The notes: generated by a model from the letters alone, not told the origin. Positions 16,231-25,788 are shown, counted from the stretch's first letter. The stretch: DNA of 64,000 bases from an uncultured Gammaproteobacteria bacterium (GCA_964497535.1 CAZCCG010000001.1:66688-130687), one strand, 5' to 3'. Numbers and translations are program-made.

Positions 16231-17925
16231 ATGAAGAAACTGCTCTCGTTCCTATTTTTATTGATCATTGGCATGTGTTCCCTGATTCTCTGCGTCCCTC
16301 AAAGTAACGCTGATGCAATTGATGATTTACAAAAACAAATCAACGACCTTACCTCATCACTCAATCAATCCAAAGCCGCTACTGCACCACTTGAATCTCA
16401 ATTAGTAGCCATGCAAAAACAAATCACTGATATCAAAGCAAATATTGGCGCTATTGAAGATGACATTGCTCAAAAGAAAAAAGACATTGATGAAGGATAC
16501 AAAACCCTTGAAAAACAGCAGCAGATGCTGGGACATGCCATTCGTAACTATTACGTGAAAGAATATTATAATACTCCCCTTCTTACTTTTTTCTCTAACT
16601 CTTCCGCACAAGAAATAACCCAGGCGCTGGCATACCAACGTGCCAGGACAGACGAAGATAAATTGATTATCACCAACTTAGCTCTCTCAATCCAGGATCT
16701 GGAAACAAAAAAGAAGAATTTAGAAAGTGAAGAATCACGACTTCTTGTTATTAAAACATCATTAGACGCACAATCAAAAAAGATGGATGATATTGTCCAA
16801 GGAGCAAAAGCATATCAGGCAAAATTAAGCACTCAAATTGCACAACTGTCTGCCCAACAACAATCATTGATTGCGGCAAAACAAGCCAGTTTAAATATCC
16901 CTCAAAGTGCCTACTCAGGCCAGGGACGATCCTGTGTTGATGACCGAAGCGTTGATCCCGGTTTTTCTCCGGCATTGGCGTTCTTCTCCTATGGTGTTCC
17001 CAACCGTGTTGGACTGAATCAATATGGTGCATGGGGGCGGGCTAAAGCAGGAGAAAACGTAGACCAGATCCTCCAAGATTACTATCCCGGGTTAACCCTG
17101 AAAAAAGATTATGATAGCGGAGCAACAATCAATGTTGATGGCAACGGAACAATGAATATAGAGGACTACACAAAACGAATTTATGAAGTGCCCAATGCGT
17201 GGGGAGATGATGGTGGACAAGAAGCATTAAAAGCACAAGCAGTAGCTGCCCGTTCGTATGGGCTGGCACACAAAAATGGTATCTGTACCACTGAAAGTTG
17301 TCAGGTGTTTAAGCCAGGAGGAACCAAAGGAGGCAATTGGGACGCTGCGGTTGAGGCAACCAAAGGCTGGGTATTGGTTGATGGCAGCGGCAATCCAGTA
17401 AGTACCCAATATTCATCAACTCATGGAGGATTTATCATCAATATTCCGAAATTTGACGGGTCAGGTGGTAATCCAGGCAGCTTTGCAGAACTCAATGAAC
17501 GAGCATATGACAAAATGTCCCCCTGGTTTTATTGTGACTGGGGATCACGACCCGCCTATAACAAAACAGCCTGGCTCAAAGGAGAAGAGGTTGCGGATAT
17601 TGTAAATATTATCATGCTTGCAAAAAATGATAGTAGTCTGGGTGAACATTTTTACCAAACGGATAATCCGCCAGCAGGGAAAGATGTATGGGGACCCGAC
17701 CGCGTACGGTCAGAACTTCGTTCCCGAGGGGGCAATCCTTTTAATTCAATAACAGGAGTTTCGGTAAACGCTGATTTCGGATCAGGAAAAGTAACAAATA
17801 TTACCCTGTCCGGAGATGCGGGAAGTCAGACATTCAGCGGACAGGAATTCAAAGATTGGTTTAACCTTCGTGCTCCTGCCAATGTACAGATTGTCGGCCC
17901 GTTGTATAATGTAGAAAAGCGATAA
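16231..17925 (+). CDS. Secreted coiled-coil plus SpoIID/LytB-domain cell-wall hydrolase (true start probably 16231)
   Basis: Signal peptide MKKLLSF..., long coiled coil, VGLNQYGA, YEVPNAW, EALKAQAVAARSY, CQVF. Confidence 0.85.
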   Translation: MKKLLSFLFLLIIGMCSLILCVPQSNADAIDDLQKQINDLTSSLNQSKAATAPLESQLVAMQKQITDIKANIGAIEDDIAQKKKDIDEGYKTLEKQQQMLGHAIRNYYVKEYYNTPLLTFFSNSSAQEITQALAYQRARTDEDKLIITNLALSIQDLETKKKNLESEESRLLVIKTSLDAQSKKMDDIVQGAKAYQAKLSTQIAQLSAQQQSLIAAKQASLNIPQSAYSGQGRSCVDDRSVDPGFSPALAFFSYGVPNRVGLNQYGAWGRAKAGENVDQILQDYYPGLTLKKDYDSGATINVDGNGTMNIEDYTKRIYEVPNAWGDDGGQEALKAQAVAARSYGLAHKNGICTTESCQVFKPGGTKGGNWDAAVEATKGWVLVDGSGNPVSTQYSSTHGGFIINIPKFDGSGGNPGSFAELNERAYDKMSPWFYCDWGSRPAYNKTAWLKGEEVADIVNIIMLAKNDSSLGEHFYQTDNPPAGKDVWGPDRVRSELRSRGGNPFNSITGVSVNADFGSGKVTNITLSGDAGSQTFSGQEFKDWFNLRAPANVQIVGPLYNVEKR

Positions 17926-17984
17926 GCTTAAGCTGAGTCTCAATTTTATTTTGACTTTTGCATTTTAACTTTTAAATTTCGTTT

Positions 17985-18734
17985 ATGCCTGATTTATTTA
18001 TACCAAAACCTACACAACAGAGTGATGAGCCCGCCCAGTCGCAAGAGACGCCGGTTTCCGTACCTGCACCTGCTCCCTATGAAGACCCTCAACCGATAGA
18101 AGCTCAATCCGCTCAGACTTCCGGCGAACCTTTTGGGGAAGATATTCCCGGCACACAGAAACCTCCTCACAATCATCCATTTGCCTCGTACTGTGACCAT
18201 CCCTCAAGCATATGGTTTGATACACAGGAACCGGATGAAATAATACTTTTATTACTACGGAAACATATCGTAACAAATATTCCCTGGATTCTCAGTGCTG
18301 TAGCCCTGCTTCTTATTCCGCCGCTTCTGTTCTGGTTTGCTACAGCACAATCGTTCTCCCTGGAATTTTTCGCACTGCTTCCCTCACAATATATCACCAT
18401 AATAGTTCTATTTTATTACCTTATTATGATAGGATTTATCTTGGTCTGTTTTATTACCTGGTATTATACGGTTTGCCTTGTAACACAAAAAAAGGTGGTT
18501 GATATTGATTATTCGGATGTTATTTACCACAATGTTGCCGCAACCAAGATGAATCTGGTCCAGGATGTTGATTACACACAATCGGGTGCCATAAGATCCA
18601 TGTTTAATTATGGGGATGTATTTATTCAGACAGCCAGCAAAAGCCCGAATTTTGACTTTCTGGCAGTACCCAATCCCACGCGAGTAGCACAGATTATTGA
18701 AGGTTTAATTGGCAAACCAGCATCTAATTCATAA
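17985..18734 (+). CDS. Membrane protein with bacterial PH domain
   Basis: Two TMs then VTQKKVVDID...VQDV...FNYGDVFIQTA. Confidence 0.75.
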   Translation: MPDLFIPKPTQQSDEPAQSQETPVSVPAPAPYEDPQPIEAQSAQTSGEPFGEDIPGTQKPPHNHPFASYCDHPSSIWFDTQEPDEIILLLLRKHIVTNIPWILSAVALLLIPPLLFWFATAQSFSLEFFALLPSQYITIIVLFYYLIMIGFILVCFITWYYTVCLVTQKKVVDIDYSDVIYHNVAATKMNLVQDVDYTQSGAIRSMFNYGDVFIQTASKSPNFDFLAVPNPTRVAQIIEGLIGKPASNS

Positions 18735-18736
18735 CT

Positions 18737-18952
18737 ATGTCATTTCTTGCAAATCTTTTTATTTTTCTCAAAATCGGCATTTTGTTGTTGCTTTTCTTAT
18801 ATGCTGCTTTTTCTTTCGTAGTCCTGAATCAATGCCATAGAATGAACCACGTGATACGGGAAAATTACTCATCAAATGTAGTATTTATAACATGTGCTGT
18901 TCATCTTTTTCTTGCTATTTCCCTTTTTCTCCTGGCAGTTGCTATACTATAA
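18737..18952 (+). CDS. Small two-TM hypothetical protein
   Basis: Two hydrophobic helices, tight operon spacing. Confidence 0.6.
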   Translation: MSFLANLFIFLKIGILLLLFLYAAFSFVVLNQCHRMNHVIRENYSSNVVFITCAVHLFLAISLFLLAVAIL

Positions 18953-18955
18953 GAA

Positions 18956-20665
18956 GTGCCAGAGCTGCAACTCTCATCAGCCAAGATTGTTTCAACCCCT
19001 ACCCCAGCCGCATGGTCACAGATTTATAATGCTGGTAAGTTTTTTGTTGTTGTCACCCTTACTCAGGAAACCGCGCAGGATGATGAGCTCGGGCAACTGG
19101 GGAAAAAGCTCCTCAATGCTATTGAAAGTGAGTATTTTCCGTTGGAAACAAAAACGCTTGCCAATATAAAATTGGCTCTCAAAACTGCACTTGAGCAAGT
19201 CCCTTCCCCTGTTACTGTCAGCTTACAAGCTGCCTCTTTTACTGATGATGTGCTATATGTCTTTGCAAAAGGCCAGGGAAGCATAATACTGTGTCGCCAA
19301 AAAACACTGGGAGTACTGTTAAAAGACCCCGCAGAATTAACTGCAGCATCGGGCAAAGTGCAAGGAGATGATTTATTTATTCTGCAGACACATACCTTTG
19401 GACAGCGTATCTCCCCTCATGCATTGCAAAATGCCGAAACTACCAATCCCTCGGAACTGGTAGAAATATTTAGTCCAAAAATCCACGAACATCAGGAAGC
19501 AACCGCTACGGGACTATTTATCAAAATCCAAGAATCCCCTGTACCTCTTGTGCAAGATTCCGAAGTAATTATGGAATCTGAGGAACCTTTACTTCCCCAA
19601 CCGCTGCCTGAAGAAGAAATCCTGCCTCAATCCTCCCATATCTCTTCCACTCATCGTTTTGCTCGTATGAAATTACCAATTCCCAACCTTACTCTCCCAC
19701 GACTCATTATGCTAAGTGTTGCTATTGCGCTTCTAATTATCCTGGTCATTAGTATCACTGCCACCATCCAAAGCAAAAAAGACCAGCAGAATCATGCGTT
19801 ATTTGAAAGCATTTATCCTCCCGCCCAAAAGAAATATGAAGAAGGGCAGGCACTTATATCTCTCAATAAAAATCTAGCTCGCGAGGATTTCCTGACCGCC
19901 AAAAAAATTCTGGATGAAAAAAAATCCGGGCTGATCCCCGGATCTTCGGAAGAACAACAAGTCACGCAACTTCTGGGCAAAATTAATGCGGTAGCCCAGG
20001 ATGCCTCAGGACAACAGACAGTAGAACCTCAAAAAGCCGCTGCTACCTCCAGCCCGCTTCTTTCTCTCCAGATAAAAACGCCCGGAGGGCTCGTAGCTGG
20101 TGAAGATACTACCCTCTATAGCATTACTTCTTCGGAAATTAAGAGTGAGAGTGGAAAATCGCTGGTAAAAAATAGTGACACATGGAAATCAACAAAAGGC
20201 TTTGGGGTATTCGGAGGAAATTTTTATGTACTTGATCCCAAGGGGAATCAACTGATCAAACTGGTTGCCGCAGGAAGTGACTATGCCAACTCAACCTATT
20301 TTGGATCCGGAATATCCCCGAGTCTTGCGTCTGCCACATCGCTTGGAATTGACGGATCGATCTATATTCTCTTTTCAGATGGATTGATTCAGAAGTTTAC
20401 CAAAGGAAAACCTGATTCTTTTAGCATCAACGGCCTGGATAAACCCTTTTCCAAACCAACACAACTGGTAACCAGCCCCGAAATGGATATTTATATTTTG
20501 GATAAAGGAAACAATCGCGTGGTAGTATTGCAGAAAAATGGGACGTTTAGTTCTCAATATGTCGCTCCGCTTCTAAAAGATGCTGACGCCATTGACGTAC
20601 AGGAGAAGAATAAAGTGATCTATATCCTCAAGGGAAAAGATATCTACCAGATACCTCTGAAGTAA
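18956..20665 (+). CDS. Membrane protein: degenerate PP2C-like N-domain, TM, C-terminal beta-propeller
   Basis: SGKVQGDDLFILQT; TM near aa 250; FYVLD, IDGSIYIL and IYILDKGNNRVVVL NHL-like blades. Confidence 0.65.
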   Translation: MPELQLSSAKIVSTPTPAAWSQIYNAGKFFVVVTLTQETAQDDELGQLGKKLLNAIESEYFPLETKTLANIKLALKTALEQVPSPVTVSLQAASFTDDVLYVFAKGQGSIILCRQKTLGVLLKDPAELTAASGKVQGDDLFILQTHTFGQRISPHALQNAETTNPSELVEIFSPKIHEHQEATATGLFIKIQESPVPLVQDSEVIMESEEPLLPQPLPEEEILPQSSHISSTHRFARMKLPIPNLTLPRLIMLSVAIALLIILVISITATIQSKKDQQNHALFESIYPPAQKKYEEGQALISLNKNLAREDFLTAKKILDEKKSGLIPGSSEEQQVTQLLGKINAVAQDASGQQTVEPQKAAATSSPLLSLQIKTPGGLVAGEDTTLYSITSSEIKSESGKSLVKNSDTWKSTKGFGVFGGNFYVLDPKGNQLIKLVAAGSDYANSTYFGSGISPSLASATSLGIDGSIYILFSDGLIQKFTKGKPDSFSINGLDKPFSKPTQLVTSPEMDIYILDKGNNRVVVLQKNGTFSSQYVAPLLKDADAIDVQEKNKVIYILKGKDIYQIPLK

Positions 20666-20702
20666 AGAAATTTCTATATCAATTATGGCTAGTTTTACTA
20701 AA

Positions 20703-20747
20703 AAGGGTATTGTTTAGAATCTCGGCCGAGACTTTGACAATACCCTT
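20703..20747. terminator. 45-bp imperfect palindrome, U-tailed on the minus strand
   Basis: aagggtattgt...tctcgg|ccgaga...acaataccctt. Confidence 0.55.
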
Positions 20748-20944
20748 ATAAGGTTCCTTTGGTGATCCTCCACTCTAACAAAAAGTGAGTCTTATCACAA
20801 GACAAATTTATCAAGAGCTTTAAATGAATTCAATACCATTCTGTGTCATAACTCAATGTCAAAATATACTCTTACGCTTTTCTTACATGTTTAGCTTCAG
20901 TTTTTCGGTGTGTCAATTGCTGAAGAAAAGTTGGATATCTGAAA

Positions 20945-21187
20945 CTATTTCTCAATTAAATGCTTGTTTCTGAAGCCCCAGCCGGATGTTGTTTTCAGAT
21001 AATCCTCAAACTTCACTGCTAGATTTTTAGTAGTAAAAGCAGCATAAAATACCAATTTGAATGGTCGCAAGTTTTTAGTAGAAGTGACTGTTCCATCTTT
21101 ATGAGCTTGAATACGATTTTTTAAGTTATCGGAAAAACCATGATAGTAGCTCTTATCTTTCAGTTGGAGAATGTAGACATAATACAC
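20945..21187 (-). CDS. Stand-alone GIY-YIG nuclease (probable leaderless GTG start at 21187)
   Basis: YYVYIL...YYHGFS..LKNRIQAH..G...STK...FEDYLKT..G; TACAAT 6 nt upstream. Confidence 0.82.
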   Translation of the reverse strand: MYYVYILQLKDKSYYHGFSDNLKNRIQAHKDGTVTSTKNLRPFKLVFYAAFTTKNLAVKFEDYLKTTSGWGFRNKHLIEK

Positions 21188-21217
21188 GAGGTAATTGTAG
21201 CAAAAACAAAAAAGTCC

Positions 21218-21332
21218 CCCTTCGCTAAAGCTACGGTAGGGACACTCTTCGCAAGCCAATCTGAAACTTAATTCTTGTTAACGAAGTGTGGCTTGCCACT
21301 TCGTAGCCCTGATTTATCAGGGCGAAGAGTGG
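21218..21332. repeat. REP-like short palindromes between GIY-YIG and the tmRNA 3' end
   Basis: cccttcgctaaagctacggtagg and ccacttcgtagccctgatttatcagggcgaagagtgg; related units at 21749-21785 and 25728-25752. Confidence 0.55.
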
Positions 21333-21749
21333 AGATGTCCGAGAGTGACCCGGAGTGCAAAAAAGTAATTAAAAAACGTGTACAAGCGTAGTCGATTTTT
21401 TAAGTGTCGCTTTGTACGATTCCAATCGACAGGATTTACAAAGCCAAGGTTTTAAATAAGCTCCATAAGGACAAAACCAAAGATCCCTATAAGTTCTCCC
21501 AACTTAGTTTGTGCTCATAAAATCCCGTTGAGAAAAGATTCTATGAACAGGTCTTAGGCTGCCATCGCGTAAGCGAAGGAAGACTGACCCGAAAGAGCTC
21601 CCAGCTCTGCAAGAGTTGCCTCTCGCATCGCAATGAGTCTTTCTCTCATGCTTAATTTAGCATTTATTATTTAATAGTGTTTTACGACTACTTATCAAAG
21701 TCGGCTTGCGTCTTTTCAATGTTCTTTAGTGTCGAATCAATGCATCCCC
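21330..21749 (-). ncRNA. ssrA: tmRNA
   Basis: 5' GGGGATG pairs with 3' CATCTCC-A, including the G3-U wobble; GATTCGAC motif; tag ORF ending YAMAA*; directly downstream of smpB. Confidence 0.92.
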
Positions 21750-21796
21750 CTACGCCAAGGCTTCTTTTAAGCTTTTGCGAAGGCGAATATCGATTC

Positions 21797-22243
21797 TTAA
21801 CGTGCGCGGTTTCTTTTGAGTTCCTCCTGGACTTCTCGTTCTATGTCCTTTCTCTTGAGGGACTCTTTCTTTTGAAACTGCTTTTTCCCCTTTCCCAGAG
21901 CCAGTTCTACTTTTATAAGATGATGCTTATTATACAACGAAACAGGCACGATTGTCAAGCCCGCCCCATCCAATTTAGCCTTGATTTTGAGAATTTCCTT
22001 TTTATGCATGAGCAGTTTTCGTGTCCGTTTTTCGTCATATTCATCGGTTCTCATGAATTTATAGGGGAAAATCTTGGCATTGACCAAATATGCCTCACTT
22101 CCGATGAGCCTGGCAAAACTACCGGTCAGGTCTGCGTGGCCTTCCCGTATCGCTTTTACCTCTCCACCATTGAGCTTGATCCCAGCCTCAAACCGGTCAA
22201 GCAGTTGATAATCATAAAATGCCCGCTTGTTCGTAATCTTCAT
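21797..22243 (-). CDS. smpB: SsrA-binding protein
   Basis: NKRAFYDY, EAGIKLNGGEVKAIR, RTRKLLMHKKEI, GKGKK. Confidence 0.95.
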   Translation of the reverse strand: MKITNKRAFYDYQLLDRFEAGIKLNGGEVKAIREGHADLTGSFARLIGSEAYLVNAKIFPYKFMRTDEYDEKRTRKLLMHKKEILKIKAKLDGAGLTIVPVSLYNKHHLIKVELALGKGKKQFQKKESLKRKDIEREVQEELKRNRAR

Positions 22244-22326
22244 ATGGTCATAATACTGGAAGTTTGGAAAAAAGTAAATTCAAGGTGTTAAAATTAGCCT
22301 CGTTTTGTGATAGAATGAAAATGCAA

Positions 22327-22398
22327 GCCAGGGTAGCTCAATGGCGGAGCACAGCATTCATAACGCTGAGGTTGTGGGTTCGATCCCCACCCCTGGTA
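22327..22398 (+). tRNA. tRNA with CAT anticodon (elongator Met, or Ile2)
   Basis: GCCAGGG/CCCTGGT acceptor stem, CAGCA-TT-CAT-AA-CGCTG, GGTTCGATCCC. Confidence 0.88.
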
Positions 22399-22399
22399 C

Positions 22400-23083
22400 T
22401 CAACCCTTAAATAAAGTTACTCCCCATACTTGTTTTGCGCCGTTTCGCTTCAGCACCTTCGCAGCTTCTTTAAGCGTGGAGCCGGTTGTTACCAAATCGT
22501 CTAGCAAAAAAATGATTTTCCCCTGCACGTCCCCTCTCACCCCAAAAGCATTTTTCATATTTTCTACCCGTTGCTTTTTATCCAAAGAGAATTGGGAATG
22601 GGTATTTTTTACCCGTATCAATGATTGTTCCACGGGGAGAGAAAGTTTTTTGGATAATCCTTGCGCCAGAAGCTGGGCATGGTTATATCCCCTTCTTCTC
22701 TGCCGATTGGAATGAAGCGGTATAGGAACCATGAAAACTTTCGGCCGATTTAAGAGCGTAGTAAATAGTTCTTTCTGAATAATCCCTTCATACAGTAAAT
22801 CAACCAGAACAGTATGTAAATCCGACAGATATGGTTTGTATTTAAAATTGTAAAGGAGTTTGTGGGCTACTGTGGAATAGTAAAGACTCGTGAAGACCCC
22901 ATCAATATTATACTTTGATATACATCCCGGATGAGTCAGGCCATCACTACTGGCACGCTCACACACGAGGCATTTGGAGACAAAATCAAAAGAAAGATAA
23001 GAAAAACAATCGGGGCACAGGTACGAACCGAATTTTTTGCAGGAAACACAGAATTTTGGAAAAAGCACATCCAGAATTCCCAC
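22400..23083 (-). CDS. comF: ComF family protein (zinc ribbon plus PRTase fold)
   Basis: LFPKFCVSC...CPDC, VPIPLH, RGYNHA, LLDDLVTTGSTL. Confidence 0.9.
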   Translation of the reverse strand: MGILDVLFPKFCVSCKKFGSYLCPDCFSYLSFDFVSKCLVCERASSDGLTHPGCISKYNIDGVFTSLYYSTVAHKLLYNFKYKPYLSDLHTVLVDLLYEGIIQKELFTTLLNRPKVFMVPIPLHSNRQRRRGYNHAQLLAQGLSKKLSLPVEQSLIRVKNTHSQFSLDKKQRVENMKNAFGVRGDVQGKIIFLLDDLVTTGSTLKEAAKVLKRNGAKQVWGVTLFKG

Positions 23084-23135
23084 CCTATGAGTGTAGCAAA
23101 TAAAAGCTATAAGATGATATAATCAAGCCTATCGA

Positions 23136-23222
23136 GGAGGAGTCGCATAGTTGGTCCATTGCGAGGGGTTGCTAACCCCTTGAGCCGCAAGGCTCGCGCA
23201 GGTTCGAATCCTGTCTCCTCCG
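23136..23222 (+). tRNA. tRNA-Ser(GCT)
   Basis: GGAGGAG/CTCCTCC-G, AGGGG-TT-GCT-AA-CCCCT, long variable arm. Confidence 0.93.
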
Positions 23223-23266
23223 CAATAACTATACCCTATACGCTATAAAACTAAACGCTAGTTTAA

Positions 23267-23353
23267 GGAGAGATCGCATAGTGGACGAGTGCAGCGGTCT
23301 TGAAAACCGCCAGGGGTGCAAGCTCCTCGTGGGTTCGAATCCCACTCTCTCCG
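23267..23353 (+). tRNA. tRNA-Ser(TGA)
   Basis: GGAGAGA/TCTCTCC-G, GCGGT-CT-TGA-AA-ACCGC, long variable arm. Confidence 0.93.
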
Positions 23354-23393
23354 CAAATTGACTAAAGGAGCTAAATCATTTACAGTTAACTAT

Positions 23394-24107
23394 ATGGCTG
23401 CCCAAGACGATACAACAACACCTCCAGGTGAACAACACTATTTACCCAAAGAACCGCTTGATCTTCCTCGTGAAGAACTTGATTTACCCCGGCCGCCTCT
23501 GGATTTACCCAAAGAACCTGAGGAAATTACAGCTCATGTTACTCTTCCACCCCAACAACCACAAAATCAACATCACACTTCTGATGAGCACCGTTCTTCC
23601 TACTATGAAGTAAAGACTCTTTTGTCCTGGCATGCACCCGGCAGGCCGTTTCAACAACATACCAGACAATATTATATGAGCATACTCTTGATTGTCCTTT
23701 TATTAGAAGTTATTTCTTTTCTTTTCGCTCAATATCCCCTTATGGCACTGATTGCTTCTTTTGGATTTGTCATATTTGCGCTCTCAAGCGTTCCTCCTCA
23801 CAATATCCTGTATCGTATCAGCAACGAAGGCATAACTATTGAAGATTACTCCTATATCTGGGAGGAACTGTATGACTTTTATTTCAAACGCAGAGGTAAT
23901 ATAGACGTCCTGCATCTGCGAACCCGTGCATTTTTGCCGGGGGAAATTACCATAACATTAGGAGAAATTACGAAAGATCATATCAGATCGGTCCTGCTTC
24001 CCTATCTTCCCTATCGGGAGTTTGTAAAGCCTTCACTTCTTGAAAAAGGGGGGGATTGGCTGGTGAAAACATTCCCTCTGGAAAAACCTATTCATCACAA
24101 TAGCTAA
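23394..24107 (+). CDS. Hypothetical membrane protein (two TMs plus a PH-like C-domain); start 23394
   Basis: LLSWHAPGRPF, two TMs, YRISNEGI...YIWEEL; the ORF-track start overlaps a tRNA. Confidence 0.7.
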   Translation: MAAQDDTTTPPGEQHYLPKEPLDLPREELDLPRPPLDLPKEPEEITAHVTLPPQQPQNQHHTSDEHRSSYYEVKTLLSWHAPGRPFQQHTRQYYMSILLIVLLLEVISFLFAQYPLMALIASFGFVIFALSSVPPHNILYRISNEGITIEDYSYIWEELYDFYFKRRGNIDVLHLRTRAFLPGEITITLGEITKDHIRSVLLPYLPYREFVKPSLLEKGGDWLVKTFPLEKPIHHNS

Positions 24108-24153
24108 TTTGCTTCAGATATAAGAATACGCTAAAATACACTGGTGCTAACGA

Positions 24154-24229
24154 GTCCTCGTAGCTTAATGGATAGAGCATTGGATTGCGGATCCAAAGGT
24201 TGGGCGTTCGAGTCGCCCCGGGGACGCCA
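24154..24229 (+). tRNA. tRNA-Arg(GCG)
   Basis: GTCCTCG/CGGGGAC-G-CCA, TTGGA-TT-GCG-GA-TCCAA. Confidence 0.9.
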
Positions 24230-24249
24230 GTTCCGTTTCACTATAGTCT

Positions 24250-25458
24250 ATGTTCAAGAAATTTTTTCTTGATTTTCTTTACTCTCAATATAATCGGGTT
24301 TTCGCCGGACAGAAAAATTACCACGATAGGATAAAAAAGAATTATAGCCTTCAATATATAAAACTTACCAATACTCTTCTGGCAAAAGACTTGGAGAAAC
24401 AGAGTACTTCCCATGGAGGATTCCTCAGCTTTGCCGATTATCTTACTACCGAACAATATGGAATGCATGGATATCACTCCCACGCATCGCATCATGGAGA
24501 AACAGGCATACACTTCAGATGGCCAAAGGCACTAGCATCACTGCTTGCACAACATGCTATCAAAGACATTATTGAATTTGGGCCGGGAGATGGGAGTCTT
24601 GCAGCCACAACGATGAGAGAAGCACACAAACTACACCTCTTTCCATCATGGACCGGCATTGAAATCAATTCACAACTGCAGGAAAAGATACGGAAAAGAT
24701 TTAAAAAAGAAAAAGTGAAAAATAGTTTCCAAGTTGTACCGTCTTTGAAGCAAGTACCATTCCAAAACCAAAAACTCGTTATTTTCCCTTATAGCCTTGA
24801 TAGTTTAGCACCTGAAATACTCATAAATACCACTGCTTCAATTGCTTTTCCTAATAAATTGATCGGTGTTACTGTTCAAAATAGTATGCTAAAGGAAATT
24901 CCGTTGGACCAACTATCGCAACTGTCTCTTGCAAAGGGGAAAGTATATACGACAGAGGGATTATCTTTTGATTTTAGTTCATGGAAACTATATCCAGGAC
25001 AACGGATATATGCACCTATCCAAGCATTCTCAACACTCTATTCTATTACAAAAAAGGTCCCGAAAGGATCTATTATTGTTATCATCGATGAATTCCGCCC
25101 TCCCCCCCAACCTCAAGAGAGAGATCACTTTGGACTACTTCGGGATCTCCATTTATTCAAGAGGGACGCATTCGACCTGGAGAAAGCATACAAAACTGCT
25201 GGAGATAACCTCTGGTATCATCCTTTTTATTTTGTGGATTATTACTCATTTCTGAACCAATTAGGTTTTAACCAAATTATCTTTGATAAAGAACAAAAGC
25301 TTGCCAGAATTCTGGCGGGTGATTCATGGACTACAAAAAATCGATTCTATCTAACATATGCTCTGATTACCGATTCCAAAAAAAAGGATCCTCCGAAGCA
25401 TTTTACGATCCCCTTTCCCTCACAAGGTGATAATATTCCTAAACCAGACCACCCATGA
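24250..25458 (+). CDS. SAM-dependent methyltransferase, MidA/NDUFAF7-like (tentative)
   Basis: GFLSFADYL...YG..GY, IIEFGPGDGSLA, TGIEIN, YSLDSL, GSIIVIID. Confidence 0.6.
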   Translation: MFKKFFLDFLYSQYNRVFAGQKNYHDRIKKNYSLQYIKLTNTLLAKDLEKQSTSHGGFLSFADYLTTEQYGMHGYHSHASHHGETGIHFRWPKALASLLAQHAIKDIIEFGPGDGSLAATTMREAHKLHLFPSWTGIEINSQLQEKIRKRFKKEKVKNSFQVVPSLKQVPFQNQKLVIFPYSLDSLAPEILINTTASIAFPNKLIGVTVQNSMLKEIPLDQLSQLSLAKGKVYTTEGLSFDFSSWKLYPGQRIYAPIQAFSTLYSITKKVPKGSIIVIIDEFRPPPQPQERDHFGLLRDLHLFKRDAFDLEKAYKTAGDNLWYHPFYFVDYYSFLNQLGFNQIIFDKEQKLARILAGDSWTTKNRFYLTYALITDSKKKDPPKHFTIPFPSQGDNIPKPDHP

Positions 25459-25479
25459 TATACTTCCTTGTAGGCTGAT

Positions 25480-25565
25480 GGAGGTGTGTCCGAGTGGTTT
25501 AAGGAGATAGTTTCGAAAACTATTGGGGCGAAAGTCCCTCAGAGGTTCGAATCCTCTCACCTCCG
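25480..25565 (+). tRNA. tRNA-Ser(CGA)
   Basis: GGAGGTG/CACCTCC-G, ATAGT-TT-CGA-AA-ACTAT. Confidence 0.93.
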
Positions 25566-25639
25566 CAACGTACAAAATCAGAGATTTTTACGTTGAGCCA
25601 TTAACTAAACGCTATACGCTATTAACTATACGCTCATTT

Positions 25640-25713
25640 GTCTTCGTAGTTCAGTTGGATAGAACGTCAGGTTCCGAACCTGAAGGTCGGAGGTTCGAGT
25701 CCTCTCGGAGACG
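25640..25713 (+). tRNA. tRNA-Arg(CCG)
   Basis: GTCTTCG/CGGAGAC-G, TCAGG-TT-CCG-AA-CCTGA. Confidence 0.92.
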
Positions 25714-25788
25714 CTAAGGTTCAACTTGCCCTCGTAGCTTTAACGAAGGGGGGTTCTTCTCAGGAGTACTCAAGCTTTGGCAGGCGGG

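Noticed and set aside
21677-22715. Plus-strand ORFs 21677..22291 and 22341..22715
   Set aside because: Antisense shadows of smpB/ssrA and comF, or overlapping a tRNA.
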